Shown: positions 1 through 10,085 of the stretch, one piece after another
How the letters are laid out: each line of letters begins with the position of its first letter
How positions within the stretch are numbered: position 1 is the stretch's first letter
Assembly: GCF_006345805.1 (NCBI RefSeq)
Contig: NW_021824473.1
Span: 1 to 18,430, forward strand
Source: Octopus sinensis
Lineage: Eukaryota
Direction of reading: 5' to 3'
Length of the DNA stretch: 18,430 nucleotides
Translations under genes and position numbers: made by a program
Notes under the pieces: model-generated
Seen by the model: the letters and a program-made list of their open reading frames with translations, nothing else
Told to the model about the DNA's origin: nothing
The model's database searches: none

Positions 1-39
1 TCTATATATATATATATACATAAATTATCACAGTTATCA

Positions 40-440
40 CTCAGGATTGATTTTGGGGCTACTCAATAACTTGCGTATTTGGATAGGAAAGTGACCAGCA
101 GTGTAAATGTGCATAAACAACAATTTAGGGGTTCAGCTCTCAGCAATGTCTTATGCAGTGAGCATCTAGAGATCCGTGCAAATGGGAAAATATAAATATT
201 CCCCTTTTACAAGATAAATGATGAAAACGCATAACTACGAAAGGTAAAAGAATTCTAAATCCGAAATTAAGCCGAAAAGAGCCAACACTCCATATACCAA
301 ACAATGGTAAAAGAATATTATGACTAAAACCATGAGTCCGAAAATAAACCGGAAATAATTAATACAACCACTACTACAAAGATAACAGCATTCTCTTTAA
401 TAGCACGTGTGTTTGAAAAGATTTAGCGAAAGCGCTAACA
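40..440 (+). mobile_element. Penelope-like element relic: C-terminal GIY-YIG endonuclease region plus 3' UTR
   Basis: The frame from 109 reads VHKQQFRGSALSNVLCSEHLEIRANGKI*IFPFYKINDENA*LRKVKEF. It parallels the PLE at 14192-14420 (YKEQIRFPQYRQIPLSEHKKRCAG..FTVFPMY). YSITC near 59-75 resembles the GIY half-motif. In-frame stops are present and the boundaries are approximate. Confidence 0.7.
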
Positions 441-674
441 CACTAGAAAAAAATACTTCCCTAAAAAAGTTAGTAACATCCTCAGAACAGGTTTCATAAC
501 ATTTAATTTCTTAAATATTCTTTTAAGAAAATCACGTGTAGACTGTAATAAGTAATTCTCATAGACATTCAAAAATGTGTGTGTATATATATATATGGCA
601 TCTTTCTATTATGACCCTATTCTTCACAACATGACTACATTACATTAACGGCTTTATATTAAAGTTGTTTTGTA

Positions 675-877
675 TACTGCTATAGTTACAAAGGCGGCAA
701 TTTTGGGGTCTAGTTGATGACATCGGCACCAGTGCTTACTCGGCCATTATTCTATCGACCTCGAAAGTATGAAAATCAAATTCCAACTTGGAGGAACTTA
801 AACTTAGAACGTAAAGCCGGCAGGACTATCGCAAAGAATTTTGCTCGGTGTTTTAAAACTTCCTCCAATCAGCCGCT
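675..877 (-). mobile_element. Degenerate tRNA-derived SINE, same family as 5363-5570 and 6852-7176
   Basis: The reverse complement reads ...ctttacgttctaagtttaagttcctccaagttggaatttgattttcatactttcgaggtcgatagaata...gcactggtgccgatgtcatcaactagaccccaaaattgccgcctttgt, which aligns by eye to the copies at 5420-5560 and 6998-7090. Confidence 0.75.
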
Positions 878-882
878 TCGGT

Positions 883-1072
883 GATGATGATGATAAAGAG
901 AAGGAGCATTGTGGTGGTTGTGGTGGTGATGGCTTCGAATTTTGGCAGAAAAACCAGCAAATTCTGAGGGAAGAGTGATAATCGAGAATAAGAAAAATAA
1001 TTGTAAAATTAACAGTAGTAACAACAAAAAACAACAACACCAATAATAATCATAATAATAAAATAATAATAA

Positions 1073-1135
<63 letters not shown>

Positions 1136-1335
1136 TAATAAAAATATAAGAATAATATAATAATAATAATAATAATAATAATAGTAATAATAATAAGAAT
1201 AATATAATAATAATAATAATAATAAAATATAATAAGATATAATAATAATAAGATAGTAATAATAAAATAATAATAATATATAGTAATAATAATAATATAA
1301 TAATAATAATATAATAATAATAATAATAATATTAA
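883..1335. repeat. Compound trinucleotide microsatellite: (GAT/GGT)n followed by a long imperfect (AAT)n
   Basis: Directly visible. It is the source of the spurious poly-I/Y ORF 869-1420(-). Confidence 0.95.
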
Positions 1336-1514
1336 TACGATTGATGAACCTGTGACAAAAAGTAAGTATTGGTTGGTTAGTTTGGAGGCGTTGACAATAT
1401 CTATATTGAGAAATTGTCACAATTCACGAAGACAGGCATTCGAAAACAAAATTGTGTATTTTTGACGAGATGACGTCAATATTAATTCGGGTTGACAACA
1501 GCATATTTCACTCA

Positions 1515-1826
1515 TATACACAAACACACACGCACACACAAACACATGCACTCACGCACATGCAAACGCACTCACACACTGATATACACAGACACATACG
1601 TATGACTACACATACAAGCATAACATGCACATACAAGCATGAATACATCAGCACAGTGACATCAACAGGCTTATGTTGAGATGATGAAAATTTTTACTTG
1701 CAAGACTCAAATCGAATTTCCTGCTACAATAAGCAGTATTGCTACGTAGCTGTGGCAAGTATGTATGTGTGTATGTATGTATTATGCATGTATGTATGCA
1801 TGCATGTGTTGATGGATATATGTATA

Positions 1827-1859
<33 letters not shown>

Positions 1860-2151
1860 TGTGGTGTGTGTGTGTGTATCTGTATATATATATATATGCA
1901 TATATATACATGTGTATGAATATGTATATATATATGTATGTATGCATGTATATATATATATATATAAATGTATATATTATATATATATATCTAATTCTAT
2001 GTATGTATGTGTGTGTATTATGAGTATATAAACATGTATGCATGCAGTACATATATATACGTACCTATTTATGTATGTGTATATATATATATATATAATA
2101 TATATATATATATAATATATAATATATATATATATAATATATTATATATAT

Positions 2152-2202
<51 letters not shown>

Positions 2203-2400
2203 CATTATATTACACTACTATATATAACTGCCACATACATATACATATATTGCATATATGTTTGTATATGTTGCATAGTTTCATATAGACATTGCAATAA
2301 GTATATGTATAGATATATTCAAATATATTCATACATACATACATATACAATACATACATAGTGAGAGAGAGAGAGTATGTGATGAAAGCGAGAATGAGAG
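1515..2400. repeat. Compound (CA)n/(TATG)n/(TG)n/(TA)n/(GA)n microsatellite field
   Basis: Directly visible, with a short unique interruption at about 1650-1755. Confidence 0.9.
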
Positions 2401-2714
2401 ACTGAAAGAAACAACGCAAAAATATGAGCGCTTATATAGACATACATTGTGATGCGTATATCTATGCACGCACACACCTACACTGTATGTGTGTGTATAT
2501 GTACAACTAGAGATTTTAATTTGAATAACTAGAAAAAACACAAAATGCAATAGGAACAGCGAAAAGTCGTCCTCAATACGCGTCACGTGAAAACCGAATA
2601 AATAACTATTTTATTAAGCGGGAGGTTTAATATCTTCTCTTTCGCTTAGAACTGTAAATATGAGATTTCATCATTCTGTCACAACGAATATTTACTTAAA
2701 TATATTATTTGATA

Positions 2715-2853
2715 AAATATACATGTATATGCATATACGTACATATGTATGCCCGCATATATATACACACACACTCACACATGCACACACACACACACAT
2801 ATATAAAACATATGTATATAAATATATATATTATATATATATACATAATATAT

Positions 2854-2891
<38 letters not shown>

Positions 2892-3198
2892 ATACATATC
2901 TATTCATATATATATATTGATATATATATGTACACGCACACTATGTATATATGCATCTATTTCTCTCTCCTCTCTCTCTCGCTCTCGACATAATATATAT
3001 ATATATATATGTGTGTATGTATATATTAATATATATATAACTACGTATATACACAGACATACAGACATACCTACATACACACACATTTATATATATGCTT
3101 AAATGCATATATGCGTATATATGACTTTTTAGGAAACAGTAAGTAATATATTAAATACACAAAAGTATAAAATATTGGAAGTAATGTAGATGATATAA

Positions 3199-3262
<64 letters not shown>

Positions 3263-3345
3263 TAATAATAATTTACACACATGCACACATACATACGCAC
3301 ACTCCCGCACGCATGCACACACACAAATATATAATATTGAAGAGA
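2715..3345. repeat. Compound (TA)n/(CA)n/(CT)n/(AAT)n microsatellite field
   Basis: Directly visible. (AAT)n lies at about 3200-3272. Confidence 0.9.
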
Positions 3346-3514
3346 GAGGAAAGGACGGAAATTTAATTGCCAATGACGTCTTTTGTCAGGTCTAAGTTAT
3401 TTCATTGCTTCAGTCCGTTCACTGGAAACACAGTGACGTTCGTATTTGTATAGTTTAGATCTAGTTAGAGACACTGAGTATGGAGTCAGCATTGAAACTG
3501 ACAAGCGACATCAA

Positions 3515-3684
3515 ACACATACAGACATATATATATACATATAAATATATACCTATATATATCTATATATATCATATATATAATATAATATATATATATA
3601 TTGTACTTATTCATATATATACATATATATGCATATATATATTATTGCAGATATATAAATAGATAATCTATAGATAGATATAGA

Positions 3685-3722
<38 letters not shown>

Positions 3723-3768
3723 TGAACTGGCAGACAGACAGACAGATAGATAGATAGATAGATAGATT
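3515..3768. repeat. (TA)n then (ACAG)n/(ATAG)n microsatellites
   Basis: Directly visible. Confidence 0.95.
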
Positions 3769-3868
3769 TACTTGTAGGATACTCTCATATATATACGCGT
3801 GTATGTGTGGTTGTGTTTTTACGTTTGTATATCTTTGTACCTTCCTACATAAATGCATACAGACTTAT

Positions 3869-4805
3869 ATGTGAGTGTTGTATCAAAAGTAATACAAGAG
3901 CGAGGAGAACTGTTTTTTGATTCCCTAACCTACGTAGCGCAAATTCTACATGTCGTTTGTGTAAGTTGTGCTGTATAGTAACTGCTGTTGCTGCTTTTCT
4001 TCGTTGCAACCAAAGAATGTGTTACAAACAGATGCAAACTCTCCACATTGATCTCTCAACGATGGCGGTGCAGGAAGAATTTCATCAACAGACGGCTCCA
4101 GTCTGTTCGTGAAGAAAATACAAGTGGTAAGAGCAATGCACAGATGAATGAAGAAGTTTAAAAAGGGGGAAAGCAGATTTCAACTCAAACCATACAGTGG
4201 GTGGCATTCAACTCTGATCACTAGCACGGATTGCCTATGAGAGATAGAAGGGATTCGCCCAGATAGATTACTCACCAAGTGGGAGTCCCTTAACAAATGG
4301 GCAGTGGTCATAGTAAAACTTTGGACTCTAGAAAGCTTTTGCAAAGTGAGTGACTCTTTGACTCTGAAAGAAAGTAAGGTGTTAGTCTGCTCTCATCTGC
4401 TGGACGAGTTTGAAGTAAAAGAAGACACATTTTTACAATCTGGTGGCAGAAGATGTTACATAGGTATGTTCTTTATAATCCTGTAATCCAGGTAAAAGAG
4501 ATTTAAAAGCCAGTAATGAACACAAGATGTTGTGATGACTATCTTTTGCCATGAGGAGGGCGTCATTCTCCTTAATTTTGTGGGACGTGGCCGTACCATG
4601 AAAGACGAGCGGCATATTGAGAGATGCAAAAAGCTTCCAGGAAAACTTGTGAGAAAGAGTTCGCATAAGAAGCGTTCGACACTCATCATGAGGATGCACA
4701 CCACCATGGCAACAAATCAATTTATCAGTATACTAGGTTGCTCGTTCATCCTACATTCACTGTTCTGACCGAATCTGGAGAACTTCGACTTCCTTCTCTT
4801 CAGAG
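3869..4805 (+). mobile_element. Decayed mariner (Tc1/mariner DDD) transposon, 3'-truncated
   Basis: Frameshifted remnants: INRRLQSVREENT, HR*MKKFKKGE, CSHLLDEFEVKEDTFL, LVAEDVT*V (approximates IVTGDETWV), VMMTIF..EEGVILLNF, and ILHSLF*PNLENFDFLLF (approximates PHxxYSPDLAPSDFxLF). A TIR-like sequence, gtgagtgttgtatcaaaagtaatac, lies at about 3871-3895. Confidence 0.85.
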
Positions 4806-4899
4806 ACGACGTTAATTTGTATAACTGAAAGTAAAACGCAGGAAGGAATATGGTAAGCGAAACTGAGACAGGTGACTGGTGCAAAATAGCAATGCAGGG

Positions 4900-5085
4900 T
4901 TTTGGCAGAATTGTTTTAGCTTCGGAAATACTTTGCAGTCTTTATCCCAGTTCGTTATATTCTGATTTCAAATCATGGAAAAGATCCACTATACCTGTCC
5001 CAATTAAAGGCCGGGTGCCGAATAAACCCCTCTCCTCAAAATCCTTGTCCTTGCACCTAAAGACAATGAGATGAGAGAATCATTA
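4900..5085 (+). mobile_element. Highly degenerate SINE copy (same superfamily as 5363-5570)
   Basis: ttggcagaattgttttagc...ttatattctgatttcaaatc matches the head of the 5363 copy. cccctctcctcaaaatccttgtccttgcacc matches the tail. Confidence 0.5.
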
Positions 5086-5092
5086 AAACATC

Positions 5093-5357
5093 CCCTAAAA
5101 ATTATTACTCCTTGCTTTTTAGCTAAAGCATAAACAATTATCACTGTTTATTTGAAAACGCAGGGAAACATGCGACATTTGTTCCATCATTCTGCGTTCT
5201 GGTTTCTAATCTCACCAAGGTAAACTTTTTCTTACTCCTTTGGGGGTCAAGAAAATAAAGTACCAGTGAAATACTAGTGTCAAAGGTATAGTCTAATACC
5301 TCCCTAAAAATTATTACTCCTTGCTTTTTATTTAAAGCATATACAATTACTACCGTT
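5093..5357 (+). mobile_element. Old SINE tail (5093-5148) plus old SINE body and tail (about 5150-5357); the two tails form a ~56-bp direct repeat
   Basis: ccctaaaaattattactccttgcttttta is identical at 5093 and 5302. The intervening gcgttctggtttctaatctcaccaaggt...gggggtcaagaaaataaagtaccagtgaaatact aligns to the SINE core. Confidence 0.65.
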
Positions 5358-5362
5358 CTGCG

Positions 5363-5567
5363 CGCTGGCAGAATCGTTATCACAGCGAACGAAAACGTTT
5401 AGCGGTATTTCGTCAGTCTTTGCGTTCTGAGTTCGAATTCTACCGAGGTCGACTTTGCCTTTCATCCTTTCAGGGTCGATAAATTAAGTACCAGTGAAAC
5501 ACTGGGGTCGATATAAGTGACTAGTCTCCACCCCACAAATTTGCAGCCTTGTACCTTCAATAGAAAG

Positions 5568-5598
<31 letters not shown>
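5363..5598 (+). mobile_element. tRNA-derived SINE with a Meta-like central domain and (ATT)n tail
   Basis: It has head ctggcagaatcgtt, B-box-like gagttcgaattc, central gcctttcatcctttcagggtcgataaattaagtaccag, and tail ...tagaaagg(att)n. The central motif resembles the MetaSINE/Sauria-type domain as recalled; this was not checked against a database. Confidence 0.85.
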
Positions 5599-5899
5599 TC
5601 AATCACAGCTGAAAAAAATATGATTGCTGTTGTTGCTGCTATTATCATTGAAGTAATGACTCAAAATCTATTGAAAGTGTATGATTTATAAAAAGTTAGA
5701 ATGGAAAAAAAGACAAGAAAAAATGAAAATGTAAAAAAGGTAAAAAAATATAAAGAATTTTATCTTTATAGTCAATATGGCTGCCAGATTTATTAAAGTT
5801 AATCAGATTACTTAATCCCGTTAATCTCTGCCAGTCAGATTTACAGCGGTGTCTTATTCACTAAGAATAAGAATATTTTGCTTTGGCCTAGAAAAAGTT

Positions 5900-6250
5900 G
5901 GTTTGTAAAAGATGAAAGATGTTAACACTGCATCAATTGTATTTATCAGACTCACGGTCGCAATGCGCTTCCGATTTTTACTTGATACCACCCCTCTTTT
6001 CTATTTTGATGTAAATCGTTTCCTTAAATCATCTTCCTACCATTGTGTAGGACTTCCGAGTGGTCTTTTCCAATCTCTTGTTTACCATTCGGCAACTGCG
6101 AGGGTCTGACCCAATGCAATTGCTACTTTCGGTGTTCTGCCATCGCATCATTCTCTCCGCTTCGTTCTGGATTATTTTATTTAGGATATTCTTCTCAAAT
6201 GATAAACCTAGCATCGATCTTTCCATGGCCTTATGCATTGTAACCAAATG
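5900..6250 (-). mobile_element. RTE-clade LINE 3' fragment (C-terminus after the RT), decayed
   Basis: VTMHKAMERSMLGLSFEKNILNKII, then in a shifted frame AVAEW*TRDWKRPLGSPTQW*EDDLRK. This matches the typical RTE C-terminal AMERxMLG...EWxPRxxKRPxGRPxxRWxDD pattern. Confidence 0.8.
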
Positions 6251-6327
6251 AGTTATATATATATATATGAAGAAAAAAAGAAGAAAACAAAGAAATGTAA
6301 AGGATACGATAGAACATTCTGGAATTA

Positions 6328-6547
6328 AAGTAATCCCTCGCCATATCGCGGATCACCTTTCGCGGTTTATTATTTAAGCTGATGTCGGTTCCTCCACGGT
6401 GTGGTTTTGCTTTTATGATAAAATAAATATATACAAATTATAAAAAATAATTTTAAACGTATACAGTACAGTAGTGTTTCTACTTCGCGGATTTTCACCT
6501 ATCATGGGGTGGAGGTTTTGGAACGTAACACCCACGAAGGATTACTG
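6328..6547. mobile_element. pogo/Tigger-type non-autonomous element (MITE)
   Basis: The left end agtaatccctcgccatatcgcgg and right end ...gaaggattactg form an imperfect TIR of the CAGT type. The subterminal ttcgcggattttcacctatc...ttttggaacgtaac is typical of Tigger-like ends, and the interior is AT-rich. Confidence 0.65.
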
Positions 6548-6851
6548 GATTTTATTTCTGTAATTCTTTATGAAAATCTTAAAGATCTCATTAGTTTTTT
6601 TCTTATATTGATGAAATCAGGTTGTCATCTGTATAACATAAGGACGGTATTTATGTTATTCAAATTGAAGAGGTAACAAGCAAGACCAGTTCTACATCAA
6701 CATGATTCGAACTTTCATCAACGTGTTTAGCGTAACGCTGTATTATTTACTTCTCAACAGCACTTATTTTCTATGTAAATAGCTTTTTGATTTCGTCATA
6801 TTTTGCTGGCGACAATATGTTGTACACGACAGGGCGGCGTGCTGGAAGAAT

Positions 6852-7176
6852 GGCGGTGAGCTGGTAGAAACGTTAGCACACCGGGCGAAATGCGTGGCCG
6901 TGTTGATGTAATCAACTTAATCCGTTTGTCTGTCCTTGTTTGTCCTCTCTGTATTTAGCCCTTGTGGGTAGTAAAGAAATAGGTATTTCGTCTGCCGTTA
7001 CGTTCTGAGTTCAAATTCCGCCGAGGTCGACTCTGCCTTTCATCCCTTCGGGGGTCGATAAATTAAGTACCAGTTGCATACTGAGGTCGATTTAATTCCT
7101 TTGTCGACTTAATTCCTTTGTCTGTCCTTATTTGTCCTCTCTACGTTTAGCTCCCTGTGGGCAATAAAAAAATAAA
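6852..7176 (+). mobile_element. tRNA-derived SINE (Meta-like core) with an alternative tail, interrupted by a copy of its own tail
   Basis: Head 6852-6900, tail copy 6901-6982, body 6983-7090 (gagttcaaattcc B-box; gcctttcatcccttcgggggtcgataaattaagtaccag), terminal tail 7092-7176 with a 14-bp duplication of ttaattcctttgtc. Confidence 0.85.
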
Positions 7177-7429
7177 TATATTGGAAAGTTCATTAAATCC
7201 ACCCCAGAATAAGACAAATACTTATTTTAGTGACCAGGAAAAATAATAATGTAAATAAGAGAAACATGTGTGGAAGTAAACGTCCCTCTTCGATCATCAT
7301 TCTACTTTATCTACCATTTACTCACATTTATTAAGAATGTATATCTGATTTGATGTTATATATCAATCAAATCGACCAAAGAAAGAAGTTCCTTAGAATT
7401 GATTATAAGATATATATGCATAAACACAT

Positions 7430-7456
7430 ACAAACGCATATACACACACACATACA

Positions 7457-7499
<43 letters not shown>

Positions 7500-7905
7500 A
7501 TATATATATATATACCATTTCTTACTCTATCATTTCTCATTCCAATATTGGTCATCTATACGTTCTCTTACATCTCTTTCTCTCTCTATCCCTCAACTTC
7601 ATCCATTTTCTTTCCGTCCCTTATTCTTTCTCTACCTCTTTGTCTCTTTTTCTCTCTCGTTTTCATTCTCTGATTTATGTTGTTCCAAATTTAACAACAC
7701 CAACTTTCTATATCTTGGAATATAATTCCTTCCTGTTTTTTAAGAAGCAACTATGTGATATAAGAGATATTTCACTGCTACTTTTCCCATATGTTCTACG
7801 ACTACTTCGAAATTCTCACGCTACAACCGCATATATGAATGCATTATATATTATATATATATATCTATATATATATATATATAGATATATATAGATAGAT
7901 AGATT

Positions 7906-7941
<36 letters not shown>

Positions 7942-7986
7942 TAGGTATAGACATATATATATGTGTATATATATATATATATATAT

Positions 7987-8075
<89 letters not shown>

Positions 8076-8079
8076 TATA
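7430..8079. repeat. (TA)n, a pyrimidine-rich tract, and a long (TA)n/(ATAG)n array at 7845-8079
   Basis: Directly visible. Confidence 0.9.
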
Positions 8080-8222
8080 GAATGGTTGTATACTGTCAAT
8101 CTAACAAGAACGTGACAGTAGGGGGTACACCACCGCTGTATAGCCCTAGGAAGCATCGAACGCCTCCTGATAGGTTTGACACATTTATACGAAGGGGAGA
8201 CAAACACCCCCGGCTGCCGAAG

Positions 8223-8279
8223 CTGCATCTAGGGACACGTGTTTCAGGATCGTTGTCCTTCATCGGCCTAGAGTAGCAG
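8223..8279 (-). ncRNA. Minimal type I hammerhead ribozyme motif (U4C core variant)
   Basis: The minus strand reads UCUAGG-CCGAUGA-AGGA-CAACGA-UCCU-GAA-ACACGUGU-C-CCUAGA. This gives a 6-bp stem I, a 4-bp stem II, a palindromic stem III and a GUC site after 8234. Stem I extends (CUGC/GCAG) beyond an internal loop. Confidence 0.85.
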
Positions 8280-8625
8280 ACACCGGTCAGCTGGTGATAT
8301 TTGTCTCGACTTCGTAATTGTATATATCTATAACTCAGTGAAGTCTATTCACTGATTATCAAAATAAGAAATATTGAATTTCTAAATCTCTCGTAGAGAC
8401 ATGTAGGGTGGTGGGGCGATAGAATATATATATATATATATATATATATGCTAAAATAATTTTATAAAAAAACATTTCAGTACCAGTTCCGGTTATTGAG
8501 ACTGATTCAACTCTAAGAATGGAAAACAATTAAAGTTTGGGAAAATTAAAAGAAAAATTTTTTTTAATAATTTTTTTCTCTAGTTTCAGCTCAAATACAA
8601 GGGGCATTTTCCTTGTTTCTGCCTA

Positions 8626-8736
<111 letters not shown>

Positions 8737-8827
8737 GTTTACTCTCGTGGGTTTGATATATATGTGTAAATGCATATATATATGGAGGTGGGGTATATTT
8801 AGAAACAGGATTAATCTAGCTATTTCT

Positions 8828-8873
8828 CAGCTCTAATCGATTTTCAACCTTATTGGATTCTCATCAGAGACGC
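8828..8873 (-). ncRNA. Degenerate type I hammerhead-like motif
   Basis: The minus strand reads UCU-CUGAUGA-GAAUCCAAUAAGGUU-GAAA-AUCGAUU-A-GAGC. The core is intact and stem III is the palindrome AAUCGAUU, but stems I and II are imperfect. Confidence 0.55.
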
Positions 8874-9142
8874 CTACCTCAATACGACCAATTCCAGAGA
8901 AACGAACAGCCAATCTGATTATATACTCATTAAATTCAATAGTTACAGGAAACTGGGGCTCCTAATTAAAGTACTGTAAGCTTTAACAATTTTTTTAAAA
9001 TATCAGGGGCCTGTCACCGGGGATCTCAGTCCACACAGAATCGAGGTATGACGTAACATATGCAACCTACATAGGATACATGAAAGCAGTGCCAGTTCAG
9101 TTGACCCCCATCAATCGACTTTTGAAACTTGTTGGATTCTTT

Positions 9143-9144
<2 letters not shown>

Positions 9145-9190
<46 letters not shown>

Positions 9191-9348
9191 ATCTATCTAT
9201 CTATCTATCTATTTCTTTCTTTCTTTCTCTCTTTCTCTATCTTTATATATATATACATAGCTACATACTCATAAACACGTATGTATATGTGTGTATTCAT
9301 ATACATAAGTATGTGTGTGTGTGTGTGTGTTGTGCGTGCGTGTGTATG
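9145..9348. repeat. (TCTA)n, (TTTC)n and (TG)n microsatellites
   Basis: Directly visible. Confidence 0.9.
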
Positions 9349-9831
9349 TCATTGTTCAGTTTTATTTCAAGATTTCTTGCCAATACAGAAAGAGCCGGTT
9401 TCTAACCTAGATCAAAGACTCCTTCATTGGAATTTCAACATATAAAAACAATGTATTTTTGTATGTCGGTACGGATGTATTTATGTATGTATGTATTTAT
9501 ACATGCAGATTTGCATGCTTTATGTATGTATTCTCATGCATATACCTGCATATCTAGACATGCTCATATATATTGAAATGATAAACTCCTGGAAAGTTTT
9601 ACAGATTTTTACGGTTCCAGTGATGGATTGGATCTGCAGTCTTCGAATTAACTTTCTCCTTTCTGGTTTTCAGAAACCGAATATCTCAAGATTGGTATTT
9701 AGGCAGTGCGTTAAATATCCCAGAACCGCAATAATTACAGGTATAAATCTGAACTTGTAATCTGGATAGAGTAACTGCAGGTTTCTCAATAGTCCAGCGT
9801 AAGTATTCTCTTTTTCACTGATCTTCAGCTT

Positions 9832-9834
<3 letters not shown>
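9349..9834 (-). mobile_element. 5'-truncated non-LTR retrotransposon with an RLE-domain C-terminus (R4/Dong-like) plus 3' UTR
   Basis: The minus frame from 9834 reads IKLKISEKENTYAGLLRNLQLLYPDYKFRFIPVIIAVLGYLTHCLNTNLEIFGF*KPERRKLIRRLQIQSITGTVKICKTF. This is the typical KxxEKxxKY...IPxxxGxLG end of restriction-like endonuclease LINEs. The ~220-nt 3' UTR contains an AATAAA. Confidence 0.8.
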
Positions 9835-9863
<29 letters not shown>

Positions 9864-9864
9864 C

Positions 9865-9896
<32 letters not shown>

Positions 9897-10001
9897 ATGT
9901 GAGTATATATATGCATGTAGGTTTTGTAGATATCTATTACTTTTGCCCATATCACGTACACATAACACCCTCGCACATACATATGTATACACCACACACA
10001 C

Positions 10002-10076
<75 letters not shown>

Positions 10077-10085
10077 TATACATAT
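9835..10085. repeat. (TG)n/(TATG)n/(CA)n/(TA)n microsatellites
   Basis: Directly visible. Confidence 0.95.

Noticed and set aside
869-1420. 183-aa ORF and dozens of similar Y/I/C/V/H/T-rich ORFs across the window
   Set aside because: They are translations of (AAT)n, (TA)n and (CA)n microsatellites with no domain content or codon structure.
8281-8301. 18/21 match between the flank of the HHR element and the SINE tail at 16071-16091
   Set aside because: It is short, and a rough estimate gives a few such matches by chance in an 18-kb self-comparison.
9380-9435. HHR-like gaaaccggct and caatgaagg in the RLE LINE 3' UTR (minus strand)
   Set aside because: There is no CUGA core, no NUH site after the near-palindrome, and no convincing stem II.
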